From Callorhinchus milii (lineage: Eukaryota): a stretch of 64,000 nucleotides of DNA. Positions within the stretch are counted from its first letter, which is position 1; every line of letters starts with the position of its first letter. The position numbers and the translations under genes were made by a program. A model generated the notes under the pieces. It did no database searches, was not told the DNA's origin, and saw only the letters and a list, made by a program, of their open reading frames with translations. Location of the stretch: NCBI RefSeq assembly GCF_018977255.1, contig NW_024704742.1, forward strand, positions 23,562,001 through 23,626,000, in the 5' to 3' direction. Below, piece by piece: positions 63,231 through 64,000 of the stretch.

Positions 63231-64000
63231 TTTAGAGCAGTATTGGAGGTAGCCCACAAACAGATCATCCCTTATCCGCCAGTCTCTGGATTGGTAATGG
63301 TGTCACATACCAAATACGGTTATATTTTTGATGTCTCATTATACCTCCTGCTCACCATTGGTTGGGACTGTTGCAGCAGATTTTGGAGTTCTACGCATCT
63401 GCAAGTATTTTTTATGTGGTAGTTTCACAGGAACTTCAAAGTGACCATTGGGGAGCAGTTCAGAATCAATTTGCACGCTGCATTAATGCTGCAGTGCAAA
63501 TCGAACTGTTATTGAAACTACCTCCAGGTGTTCTCAGCAGCAGCACTCTCATACAATTCACAAAGGCACAACCCAGACCTAAACTATATTTTTGAGAGGG
63601 AGCTTGATAGTCTATGAGGCACAAAAGTTTCAGTTGAGAATTAATAGCACATCTTCATTACAATCAGGAAGAAAATAATTCATTGTGTGATTTATGAAAA
63701 GTTGTTTAAAAGTATGGTTAGGCTAGGTTTCAAATGTACAAAAAAGTGGATTGGACTTGCTCACGCTTTAAAATACATCACCATTATCAAGACATTTAAA
63801 TCTAGGGGCCCAATATCTGTTATTTACCATAACTGAAAACAATTCCAAAATAAATTTAAAAAAGGCCAATTTCATTATTCTGCAAAATCTGTGCCTATGT
63901 TCTTCCCAATTACAATAATGAAATGGTTCATGCAAGCAAAGGCACTCTCCTGAAGGTTTTGGTCATACTAAAAATTAATTACACAACTAAAATACCAGCT

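Noticed and set aside
1..64000. Nested MAB21L2, snoRNAs, CRISPR arrays or prokaryotic operons
   Set aside because: No long intronless plus-strand ORF resembling MAB21L2, no supportable box C/D or H/ACA structure, and no repeat-spacer array. The recurring ~45-bp motif is a dispersed L2/SINE tail.

Overview
Eukaryotic (vertebrate) genomic DNA, AT-rich, almost certainly from a cartilaginous fish. The repeat set (tRNA-Ala-headed SINE with Deu/L2-type tail, SacSINE1-like DeuSINEs, L2 and CR1 LINEs) points to a chimaera such as Callorhinchus milii; this is an inference. The whole window lies inside one minus-strand gene, LRBA (BEACH-domain family, paralogue of NBEA). I traced 12 consecutive coding exons (57842 down to 17177; 2826 nt = 942 codons), all with GT-AG borders and consistent phases. 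The flanking exons (...WGGWRVWVDTLS..HSK and EWQNSIQKNAGL...) are not visible in the window. The rest is intron, filled with decayed retroposons and several TE-poor stretches that may hold conserved enhancers. I found no prokaryote-type system (CRISPR, operon, etc.) and no proven novel system. The best leads are: (1) inverted L2 copies bracketing a 1077-nt phase-0/0 stop-free exon (circRNA / endless-ORF candidate); (2) a 320-bp near-perfect duplication bracketing two exons that sum to 71 codons; (3) a candidate 99-nt poison exon inside a SINE; (4) a 100-bp intronic hairpin; (5) SINE subfamilies with different RT-recognition stem-loops. Family assignments come from recalled consensus/protein sequences, not from database searches.
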